Virus record (IMG/VR): IMGVR_UViG_3300028602_000007
Span: 32,001-96,000 of that record
Strand: one strand, 5' to 3'
DNA from: a virus
Taxonomy: Duplodnaviria; Caudoviricetes
Length of the DNA: 64,000 nt
The notes under the pieces are model-generated. The model was not told the origin of the DNA and searched no databases. It saw only the letters and a list, made by a program, of their open reading frames with translations. How positions within the stretch are numbered: the stretch's first letter is position 1; every line of letters begins with the position of its first letter. Made by a program: the position numbers and the translations under genes. Of this stretch, positions 48,481 to 57,300 are shown piece by piece.

Positions 48481-49143
48481 TTATGATAAATTTTCCTGAT
48501 TTTCTTGATTCTCAATATTATCATCTTCACTTTTATCAATTTCATCTTCGTTTGAAGATTCTCCTCTAAGTTTAGCAAAAATTTCTTCTAATACTCGAAT
48601 AGTATCAGTCGAATCATTGTGTAATATTCCAGTACCTCCAGCATTTGTCCATTTTTCAATATTACTTTCCTTATCATCAATTAAAATATCATTTTTTCCT
48701 TTAACGAATAAATCTTTTTTACTTGATAAAATTACTCTTAATTCTGGACGCTCTTCGTGCTCTTCTGGAGTAGTTACTGCTTTTCGCTGACTAAACCCTA
48801 AATTTAATTTAATCCATTGCAATTTACCATCTTTTGAATAATCACTTCTGCTTGGAGAAGATAAAATATATGGTTTATATCTATCTAAATAATCCCATAA
48901 CTCTCGACCATCTTTTGTCCAAGGCAACCTTTTCCAAAAATATTCTTTACGTTTATCAATTATTTTCCAAATTGAATGCTTTCCGAATTTATCTTCATAT
49001 TCTTTTGGAGTTCTATGATGTTTGTTTGCTTTTAACCGTTTAAATCCACGTTTAAAATCAGTTAAAACTCCATCCATATCACAAAAAATACGAATTGGAG
49101 TTTCAGGCTGTAATTGTTCATTAATGAATTCATTAAAATTCAT
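48481..49143 (-). CDS. 5'(3')-deoxyribonucleotidase-like HAD phosphatase with CTS-like N-terminus
   Basis: FCDMDGVLTDF, ILSSP, K, LIDD; probable start MNFNEFINE at 49143. Confidence 0.85.
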   Translation of the reverse strand: MNFNEFINEQLQPETPIRIFCDMDGVLTDFKRGFKRLKANKHHRTPKEYEDKFGKHSIWKIIDKRKEYFWKRLPWTKDGRELWDYLDRYKPYILSSPSRSDYSKDGKLQWIKLNLGFSQRKAVTTPEEHEERPELRVILSSKKDLFVKGKNDILIDDKESNIEKWTNAGGTGILHNDSTDTIRVLEEIFAKLRGESSNEDEIDKSEDDNIENQENQENLS

Positions 49144-49159
49144 TATTGTGTTTTTTAAA

Positions 49160-49474
49160 TTAGTCATATGTTTTAAAGTCAAATGATTTGTTTATAGAAT
49201 TATCTATAATGCCAATCAAATCATTTGCCATCACTGCATGATATAAAGTATCATTTAATTCAAGATCAAGTCCTGAATATTTTAAATACAAAACTTTATC
49301 ACCAATTTTAAATGGTGAATTCTGTAACAAATGACCAACTGCAACTATGGTTCCACTATTAGGTCTTTGTCTAGTTTCTGGTGGTAAAATTATACCAGTT
49401 TCAGTTTCTTTTTCAACTTCATCTGGTTTAATTAAAATTCTTTCATATAACGGGATAAATCCTGGATTTTCCAT
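49160..49474 (-). CDS. groES: co-chaperonin GroES
   Basis: PLYERILIK, TETGIILP, GTIVAVG, GDKVLY.KYSG. Confidence 0.92.
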   Translation of the reverse strand: MENPGFIPLYERILIKPDEVEKETETGIILPPETRQRPNSGTIVAVGHLLQNSPFKIGDKVLYLKYSGLDLELNDTLYHAVMANDLIGIIDNSINKSFDFKTYD

Positions 49475-49477
49475 ATA

Positions 49478-50584
49478 TTAATGTATTAAATTTTTTTTAA
49501 ATTTAAAATATTTGAATCGCTCTAAATTCTCTAAATTAATTGATTTTTTAATATTTGAACGTATTTCTTTTGGAAAAAATTTACTATTTAATCGTATTAT
49601 TGAACGATTACGTTTATAATTATTCAGAATCATCTCAAATGAACTAGATTCACTTAATTTTATAGTATCACATATTATATTAATGAATAGCTTAGTAAAC
49701 TCAGAATCATCAGAATCTATTAAATTAATGATTTCATTCCAATTAGTATTTTCTTTTATTAAATCAATTACTTTGTTAACTTTAGTCGGTGTTAATTTTC
49801 TATGTAATCTTGGTATTGAATCAGATTTATCACCTGCTAAAATTTTAGTTAGGATTTCAAAAGTTGGATCAATTTTTAAATGTTTATATCCTTTAGTTGA
49901 TAAATCATTAATAATATTAATGATTGATGAATTATTAATAAATGATGCATCTAAATTAAATAAATCAATTTTACTTTCTTTAATTTCATTAAAGTTCTCG
50001 GTTGTATATATTCTTTTATATTTAGCCATCATTTTTGGCATTAATAATATAATTTTTCTAGTATTATTTTCAGCTAATTGGATTAAATCTTTATCAACTG
50101 TCCAAATACAAATATCATCATCTAATGATTCGCATAAATACGCAATTATATCATCACCTTCTGCTCCATTAACTCTACTAAAATATAAACCATAATCGGT
50201 AGATAAAATAGGAATTAATTCTTCTCTAAAATAATCAAAAAATAAATATGAATGTTCATCAAATTTACGGTCTGCTTTATATTTAAAATCTTCACTTCCG
50301 TGTAAATCAGAATGTTGACTTATAAAATCATTCCGCCAACTCTTAGAATCAAAAACAAAAAAAACCGAATCTAAATTTTCTTTAAATGGAAATAATATAC
50401 TATTTAAGTAATTCATAGAAAAACGTTTAAATTCTCGAATACTAGCATCCTTAAGAATATACTTGTCTGAATATAAATCACTTACGTAAAAACGTTCTCC
50501 AACTGAAATGTTTTTAGCTAAAATATTTTTAACTATACTTACTGAAACACTTAAAAATGCATTTCCATCTATAATAATATTCAT
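49478..50584 (-). CDS. rnh: RNase H / 5'-3' exonuclease (T4 rnh-like)
   Basis: IIDGN, FDSKSWR, YKADR, EGDDII, DKDLIQ, GDKSDSIP. Confidence 0.88.
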   Translation of the reverse strand: MNIIIDGNAFLSVSVSIVKNILAKNISVGERFYVSDLYSDKYILKDASIREFKRFSMNYLNSILFPFKENLDSVFFVFDSKSWRNDFISQHSDLHGSEDFKYKADRKFDEHSYLFFDYFREELIPILSTDYGLYFSRVNGAEGDDIIAYLCESLDDDICIWTVDKDLIQLAENNTRKIILLMPKMMAKYKRIYTTENFNEIKESKIDLFNLDASFINNSSIINIINDLSTKGYKHLKIDPTFEILTKILAGDKSDSIPRLHRKLTPTKVNKVIDLIKENTNWNEIINLIDSDDSEFTKLFINIICDTIKLSESSSFEMILNNYKRNRSIIRLNSKFFPKEIRSNIKKSINLENLERFKYFKFKKNLIH

Positions 50585-50590
50585 TTTTTA

Positions 50591-50917
50591 TTATTTAGTA
50601 TCTTGTTCTGTTGTTTTATCTGCACTATCGCTAGTAATTGGATTATTTTGTAATTTAGTAATTGTTTTAATAGCTTTTGTAATTAATTCTGCTTCTGCTA
50701 AATTATATGAACCTTTAGATTGAGCATAATTCACACCATGTATTAATACAACTAATGCATTATCAATTGACATTGTATTTAAAAAATTTTCCCAATCAGT
50801 TTCATTACTATAACTAATAGATCCAAGTAAAGTTGCTATTGGTTTTTGAGTTTCATTATTTGAAGCAGGGTCACTATTTTTTAAGTGACCCTGTTCTTTT
50901 TTATTTTTGTCTAACAT
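50591..50917 (-). CDS. hypothetical protein
   Basis: 108-aa ORF between gp32 and rnh. Confidence 0.6.
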   Translation of the reverse strand: MLDKNKKEQGHLKNSDPASNNETQKPIATLLGSISYSNETDWENFLNTMSIDNALVVLIHGVNYAQSKGSYNLAEAELITKAIKTITKLQNNPITSDSADKTTEQDTK

Positions 50918-50932
50918 TAATCAAATATTTTT

Positions 50933-51979
50933 TTACATATCATTTAATAAAGAATCTAAATCTGAATCAGATACTTCAGTAGTAGTACTTTCTAAATCTT
51001 TAGTATTATCTAAGGTATTAGTAACAGCAGTAAGTTCATCTAATTCTATAGAAAGAGTTTCACTCGTTTCTTGATGTGACTCCATTTTAGTTTGCGAATC
51101 ATCAGATAAAGATATTTTACGATCATCTGTTTTTACAAATTGAGCTTTCATTTTAGGATCTCTTAATCCAGCTACTAAATTATTAATGATTTCTTTATGA
51201 GGAACTATTGCTTTAATAAATTCTGCAATTTTCGCATAATCGGAATCAGTCCATTCCTTTATGAAATATTGACTTAAATCAGGAGAATTTTTTCTTAAAA
51301 AATCTTCTGTAAATTTAGCAACCTTTGGTTCAGTTGAAACTGGTATTTCTTTTCCATTATGTGTAATTATTAATGGACTAACTTCTTTCATAAATTGACT
51401 TTGTGAATAGTCTCTCCAGTTTTTAGTTTTGCGTTTAACGACTAAAACTAAGTCTTTACCATTAATTAAATCATAAGGATTAATTTTCTTAGCTGATTCA
51501 ATTAAATCTGATTCAGGATGAAGTTCTTGTTGAATTAGTTGATCAATTCCATATCCAAATGAATATACTTTAATTTGTCCTTCTAATTCTTCAAGTTGAG
51601 GATCTCTCTTTATATAAATTAATGAATAATAATTATAATATCGTTGAAAATATTTTCTAATATCTTCAACTAACTGAGGTTCTGACTCTTTTAAATTTTT
51701 GAGTTCAGTATCTAACGACCATAATATAGAAGGTGCACCAGTAGTAGATGGACAATCTATATATAATCTTTCATTAGTTAAAGGATTAACTAATTTAGCT
51801 GAATATTTCTTATATTTACTTTGTTCTGGGTCTTCTACCCATGGAATAAATCGAATAATCGATTTATATGTACCATTTTTTCCTTGATCAGGGCTAGGAT
51901 TAAAAAGATTTGGATCAGATTGATTAGTTTTCTTTGAGTCTGAAAAGCTGTCTGGATTAAGATTAAAAAGATCTTGCAT
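50933..51979 (-). CDS. gp32: single-stranded DNA-binding protein
   Basis: IIRFIP, DCPSTTG, NPYDLINGKDL, DYSQSQF; acidic tail DLDSLLNDM. Confidence 0.88.
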   Translation of the reverse strand: MQDLFNLNPDSFSDSKKTNQSDPNLFNPSPDQGKNGTYKSIIRFIPWVEDPEQSKYKKYSAKLVNPLTNERLYIDCPSTTGAPSILWSLDTELKNLKESEPQLVEDIRKYFQRYYNYYSLIYIKRDPQLEELEGQIKVYSFGYGIDQLIQQELHPESDLIESAKKINPYDLINGKDLVLVVKRKTKNWRDYSQSQFMKEVSPLIITHNGKEIPVSTEPKVAKFTEDFLRKNSPDLSQYFIKEWTDSDYAKIAEFIKAIVPHKEIINNLVAGLRDPKMKAQFVKTDDRKISLSDDSQTKMESHQETSETLSIELDELTAVTNTLDNTKDLESTTTEVSDSDLDSLLNDM

Positions 51980-52047
51980 AGTTTTCTTAGTTTTTTTTAG
52001 TTTTTAATAGTTAAAATATTTTATTTAAAATACAAGTAAAGTTTCAT

Positions 52048-52082
52048 AAAAAAAGTGAGTAACTTTAAAAATTACTCACTTT
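52048..52082 (-). terminator. intrinsic terminator after the Hc1-like gene
   Basis: AAGTGAGTAA/TTACTCACTT stem with U-run on the minus strand. Confidence 0.75.
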
Positions 52083-52101
52083 AAAATTATAAAAAATACT
52101 A

Positions 52102-52290
52102 TTAGTTTTTAGAATTAGATTTTGTATCTTGGATATGAGTTCTCCCGGCTTGAGAAAGTTGCTTTATTTCTTGTAGAAGTTTTCTTGCTATAGTGCCTGC
52201 TGACTTATTATTCTTCACATAAAATTTATCATATTCAACTTCTAATTCATTAATTTTTTCTTTAATTTCAGTTAACCAATTTTCTTGCAT
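52102..52290 (-). CDS. histone H1-like (Hc1-family) small protein
   Basis: KF..KNNKSAGTIARK.LQEIK matches the GNKAAGTRARK motif of Hc1-like proteins. Confidence 0.7.
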   Translation of the reverse strand: MQENWLTEIKEKINELEVEYDKFYVKNNKSAGTIARKLLQEIKQLSQAGRTHIQDTKSNSKN

Positions 52291-52353
52291 ATTGTTTTTA
52301 TTATTTTAATTATTATAATTTTGATTATTATATATTAATTAAAAAAAATAGTT

Positions 52354-52926
52354 TTATTTAGTTGATCTTAAAAAAACAACAGATAAATCATCAGTTGATG
52401 GATTATCAAAGTCTGTATCAGAATCAAATGAAATATCAATAGGTCCCTTATCGGTTCCTAAATCTCCAGCCAATACATCCTTTTTAAATTTTGAATATAT
52501 TAGAGATGGCATTTTTCGTTTTCCTTCTAGCGCTGCTTTTATCTTTTCTGGGTCATAGTCACCAGCATGAGAATCTATCCATTTAGTAAGTTCTTCTTTA
52601 TCAATTGAATATGTCGAAAATCTTTTAGTTCCACCGTTTTTATCAGAATGTCCATGCCATTTTTTATGAGCTGCATCTTGTATAAAAACAAATTTATACG
52701 GTTCAGCTGGCTTAGAAATAGCAGTTTGTTGATTTGGATCTTCTGGCAAGAATGGGTCCATTGCTCCACCAACAGAACCTAATGAATCATCAGTAGGCGG
52801 CATACTAGTAGAAGGAGGAATATCTCCAGCTGGAGATGGAGGAGGCGGAGCTGCTCCCATTGTATCATCCTGTTCTAAGATTAAATGTTTATTTTTAATA
52901 AACTCAGTATATCCTAATATTTCCAT
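52354..52926 (-). CDS. hypothetical late protein with CTS-like N-terminus and Pro-rich linker
   Basis: GYTEFIK..LILE followed by APPPPSP; TATAAATA at 52949-52956. Confidence 0.55.
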   Translation of the reverse strand: MEILGYTEFIKNKHLILEQDDTMGAAPPPPSPAGDIPPSTSMPPTDDSLGSVGGAMDPFLPEDPNQQTAISKPAEPYKFVFIQDAAHKKWHGHSDKNGGTKRFSTYSIDKEELTKWIDSHAGDYDPEKIKAALEGKRKMPSLIYSKFKKDVLAGDLGTDKGPIDISFDSDTDFDNPSTDDLSVVFLRSTK

Positions 52927-52961
52927 GAAATTTTATTATTTTCAATATTATTTATATAGAA

Positions 52962-53108
52962 TGGGAAGAGCTAACGTTAACTCTTCCCAAATTAGGCCTA
53001 ATTTATAAGTATGAATACTAGGTTCTTGGTAGTAGGTGAGCTTGAAAACTTTCTAAATTGACTAGCTATCTATCAACAAACTATTTTATGTATATTGACT
53101 CATACTTT
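52962..53108 (-). ncRNA. candidate late-promoter-driven structured small RNA
   Basis: TATAAATA at 53113-53120; AAGUAUGAGU/AUUCAUACUU closing stem; AAAUUAGGCCUAAUUU palindrome; GGGAAGAGUUA/UAGCUCUUCCC hairpin; no ORF. Confidence 0.4.
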
Positions 53109-53133
53109 AATTTATTTATATGTATGCATTAGA

Positions 53134-54321
53134 TTAAACATTTTTAAAATCTAATTTTAAATTTTTACGTATAAGATCAACTCTTAATATTTCAACATCT
53201 CCGCTATTTGGAATTTGAATTTTACCTTTTAAATAGTTCACATCTGTTGTAAAAATACTATCGCCATCTGGCATTTCAACATCAATATGAAAATCGCTTT
53301 TATCTAAAGTATATTTTAAAGTTTTACCTTGAATTTTATTTTTAAAATCTTGCCAAGCTAAATTTTCTTCATTTACTTTTTCGAGTTTATCAGTGAACAA
53401 AATTCTAGGTTCACCTCTTTTTATTGTAATATCTTTAACATATACATCAATACTACTATTTAAATTAGATAAATTTTTACAAAAATCGTCGTAATCTTCA
53501 AATTCAGTTTTATGTAATAACCCCGTAAAATAATTATTTAATTCAACAAAAATACCAAATGAATATGGGTTAACTGTCATATTTCCAGTATACTTTTTAC
53601 CGTATTCTAACTCATGTATTTTTATAGGTAAAGTCTTTTTAATATACTTTTTATATGAAACGATATATAAATCATTAGCTGAATCATAATTTTCAATGAC
53701 AACTGGTAATTCCTTTCCTAAATATTCATCGAAATCTATGATTACATTAGCTGCAGCATGTGATCCTGGTAAAAAGCATTTTATTGTATTTTTATACAAT
53801 GCTAAATACCCGCCTTTAACCAAACTGGTTATTTTTACAGTAAACCATTGATCAGATGACATGTGATCATTTAAATCATCTATGTATGTCAAAACAGCAG
53901 TTTGTTTTTCAGAGCCTTGATAATCTCCAGAATTAAGTTTAGTTATAATAACATTAAATTCTCTAGAATCTTGATCATTTATTAAAATTTGTGGATCTTT
54001 TGAAAAGTCTCTAAATGGTATAACTATTCTAGCTTTAGAATATTTTTCTTCAGCGATAATTAGTTTTTCATCAAAGTTTATTGTTTTTGCTATTGCTATA
54101 CATAATTGACCTTCTTTGAAATCTTTAGTCGCCTCATTTATCGGCAATCCACTTTTTACAAATCGATCATACAATTCTTGAGCATATGGCTCTTTGCATA
54201 AAATTTTAACAGAATTAGAATCAGTTTCATTTAATATAACAGTTTCGTTATATTTAGTGATTGACATAGTTAATGGATCAATTTCGTTATTGATCGCTTT
54301 CATAATTTGTAATTGGTTCAT
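53134..54321 (-). CDS. ribosomal protein S1-like multi-S1-domain RNA-binding protein
   Basis: S1 repeats: VKITSLVKGGY...CFLPGSH...LGKELPVVI...IVSYK and YSFGIFVEL...TGLLHKTE. Confidence 0.8.
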   Translation of the reverse strand: MNQLQIMKAINNEIDPLTMSITKYNETVILNETDSNSVKILCKEPYAQELYDRFVKSGLPINEATKDFKEGQLCIAIAKTINFDEKLIIAEEKYSKARIVIPFRDFSKDPQILINDQDSREFNVIITKLNSGDYQGSEKQTAVLTYIDDLNDHMSSDQWFTVKITSLVKGGYLALYKNTIKCFLPGSHAAANVIIDFDEYLGKELPVVIENYDSANDLYIVSYKKYIKKTLPIKIHELEYGKKYTGNMTVNPYSFGIFVELNNYFTGLLHKTEFEDYDDFCKNLSNLNSSIDVYVKDITIKRGEPRILFTDKLEKVNEENLAWQDFKNKIQGKTLKYTLDKSDFHIDVEMPDGDSIFTTDVNYLKGKIQIPNSGDVEILRVDLIRKNLKLDFKNV

Positions 54322-54359
54322 AAAAATATTTTTAAAAATAACTTAAATTATCTATTAAA

Positions 54360-54386
54360 TTATATCTATTTAGATTAATAAGTTTT
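54360..54386 (-). promoter_or_regulatory. putative pre-late promoter AAACT-N16-TATAAT
   Basis: Upstream of the S1-like gene. Confidence 0.55.
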
Positions 54387-57300
54387 ACACTAAATGGGGA
54401 GTAATGTGTACAATTGGAAAAGTTGGAGAATATGGTAATAATGCAGGAGTTTTACTTTGAAAAATCAATGATCCAGTTGCATACATTGATCCTCTCCAAG
54501 CAATTTCATCTAAAAATATAGCAAACAATGGGTTTTTATATGTTAATCTTTCCCATGGAGGTAAATCATCTGAATTCATAATAGGATGTAATAATCTAGC
54601 GCCCAATGTCGGTAGCCAATTTGTAACAGGAGATGATAATGAACATAATGCAATTGTTCCAAGCCATGCAACTTCCTTTAAAACAGGTTCAATTTTTTCT
54701 AAATTTGGAATAAGATTATCTTGTATTATTTTAAATGCATCTTCATTTATTATTTTGACTTTCATTGATGGCGGAATTATTGAATCTATTAAAATTTTTG
54801 CTAATTTTAATAAGCTTAAATTTGGAATAGCTGCTTCAATAATATTAAAACTAAAACTATTTAATGATACCATTAAATTTGATAATAATTTAACTATATT
54901 AAACAAAGGTTTTGTTATCTCAGAATATACTGCATTAATAATTGTCCTAATAAATTCAATAATATCATTTCCTGTAATTAAATGGAAGTAATTTTTCGTA
55001 TCTAGTGCTAATAATGGTAAAGTTAATAATTCAATAGAAGTATCATCATTTAATGTTAAAATTACATTAAAAACAGGATCAGTAGTTGATGAAGTTCCGT
55101 CCGCGGTATCAAAAGTAATCCTTTGCCCAGTCGGGACTCCTTCAGAATTTACAATAATAGATAAAGTTGAATCTATTCCACATGATACTGAGAATATTTG
55201 TTTAGTCGTTTCTACATCAGACTCATTTTTTGAAAAAACTTTATTAGAATTGGAAAGATTAATTGTTTCTATTCCATCTTTTTCTATTTTTTTAATAGTA
55301 CCATCTAAATTATAAACAGTATTAACTTCATCAATTAGTTTAAATATTGATTCAATAATATTTGGAACTAAACTCTTAAATATAGGTTTAATTATTGTAT
55401 CTAAAGGGATTGTCATTGGAACAATAATAGGTTGCAGTGGATTAATTGCTTTAGGAATAGATATTAATAACAATATTGGCATTAAAAAAGCTTGTATTAA
55501 AATAAGTAAATTTGCTGGATTTGGTAAAGAAACATTAGGTATTGAGATAACTAAATTATCAAACACATTTAATAAAAATGAAGTTTGAACTTTACTATTT
55601 GTTAACCCTAAGATATTTTTAATTGAAATTTCGTCTAATTCATTTATTATAGCATGCATAAAAGTTGATAAAGAAGAAAAGGCGATAGTTAATAATGGCG
55701 GAATTCCAGTGAATACTGAGTCAGTTGATATTTCACAACACTTTTTAGAAAAATCAAATATTTGTATTTTAGGTAAGTTTAATAAACCCAATGCAGTAAA
55801 AGACAATGATTCTTTAGCTAATTGTTGACGCTCTTTATTTGATTTAATTATTTCAGCTTTTTCAGTTTCATTACTTGCCATAGAAACATCAAATGAAACA
55901 TCCTTACCTTTTAAATAATTTAAAGTTTCATCTACTATTTTATGTAAAGCCTGCTGTATATCAAATAAACCAGAGTCAGTTGATATATCAAAAAATTGCT
56001 TATTTGTAATATTTGACATATCAATATTACCAATTGCTTGTTTCATTTTATGATTTAAACTTAATGCTGATTTTTCAATTTTTAAATCACCTAATGATGC
56101 TAATGTAATGAGATCTAATATTGAAGTTATTGCTTCTGGTAAACCTGGATTATTCTTAGTAGGATCTTTAGGGAACGTTATTGTTCCGAATTTAATATTT
56201 TCAATATGTTTATTAAAGTCAGCTAATGTTGATTCAATTTTTTCATTAAGAGTAATTGTATTAATTCTTCTAGCTTTATATTTTTCTATTCTTTTTTTAT
56301 TTAATGCAGTTTCTTTTTGTGCAAGCTTTAAAGCTTCAACTTTTTCAATTCTTAATCTTTCTCTTAACTGATTTATATTAGAAGTTTGCATTTCTCCTAA
56401 TTTTGTAAGTTGTCGATTTATTGTTCCCTTTAGGTTATCGAGCTCTCTAAAAAATTCATCACTAGGTTTAGCATCTACAAACTCTTTCATTATTTCTAAA
56501 TCGCTTTTATAAAATTTAGAGTATTCATCAGTTTTCATAGAAAATGGTAATTCTTCACCATTGATATTTGTAATTTTTTGATTTTTACCAGAAGCAAGGT
56601 CTGCTGCAATTTTAGTAAGACGGTCAGCTTTAGATAAAGCCGCTCCAATAAACAATGGCTGTATTAATGAACCTTTAATTAAATATCCCTTATATGGATT
56701 AGACGCAGTTAACCCTATTGGATTTTGTGAATTTGATGAATTATCTAATTCAAATCCAAATAATAAATTTTTAGTATTACTCCATAAAGATGGCAAATTC
56801 GTTGCTAATACTAAATATTTTGTACCATCTGGTGCAAAATAAAACAAATAAATAGAAGGTAATGGAATTCCAATTGGTGCAATCGGAAAATTTAAAAAAC
56901 AAACAAGAGTTCCTACAGCAGTAGGAATAACAAATAAAGGTTTCCATATTGGAGGAACTGTTATTAATGCTAAAGCTGGCCCTGCTGGTAAAATACAATT
57001 AATTGGCCAATATCTAAATCCTAAATTCGCAGGAGGAGGCCCAGTTAAATCTGGAAATGGTAATAATGAAATTTTATTTAGTGATTTTGCAAACTCTTTC
57101 CAATAGCATTGAGACCCTATATCAGGTAATCCAAAATTTAATGAATTTAGAGTCCGTAAATATAATGGATCTTCTCCTAATTTTTCTTTTGCTGAATTTT
57201 CACATTCTGGTGCAGTTTGTGGATTTAAATTGGCTGCTTCTGTAAAACATGGTATTTCTGAAATTTTTTCACCAATTTGAGATTCATCTAAAATATTATT

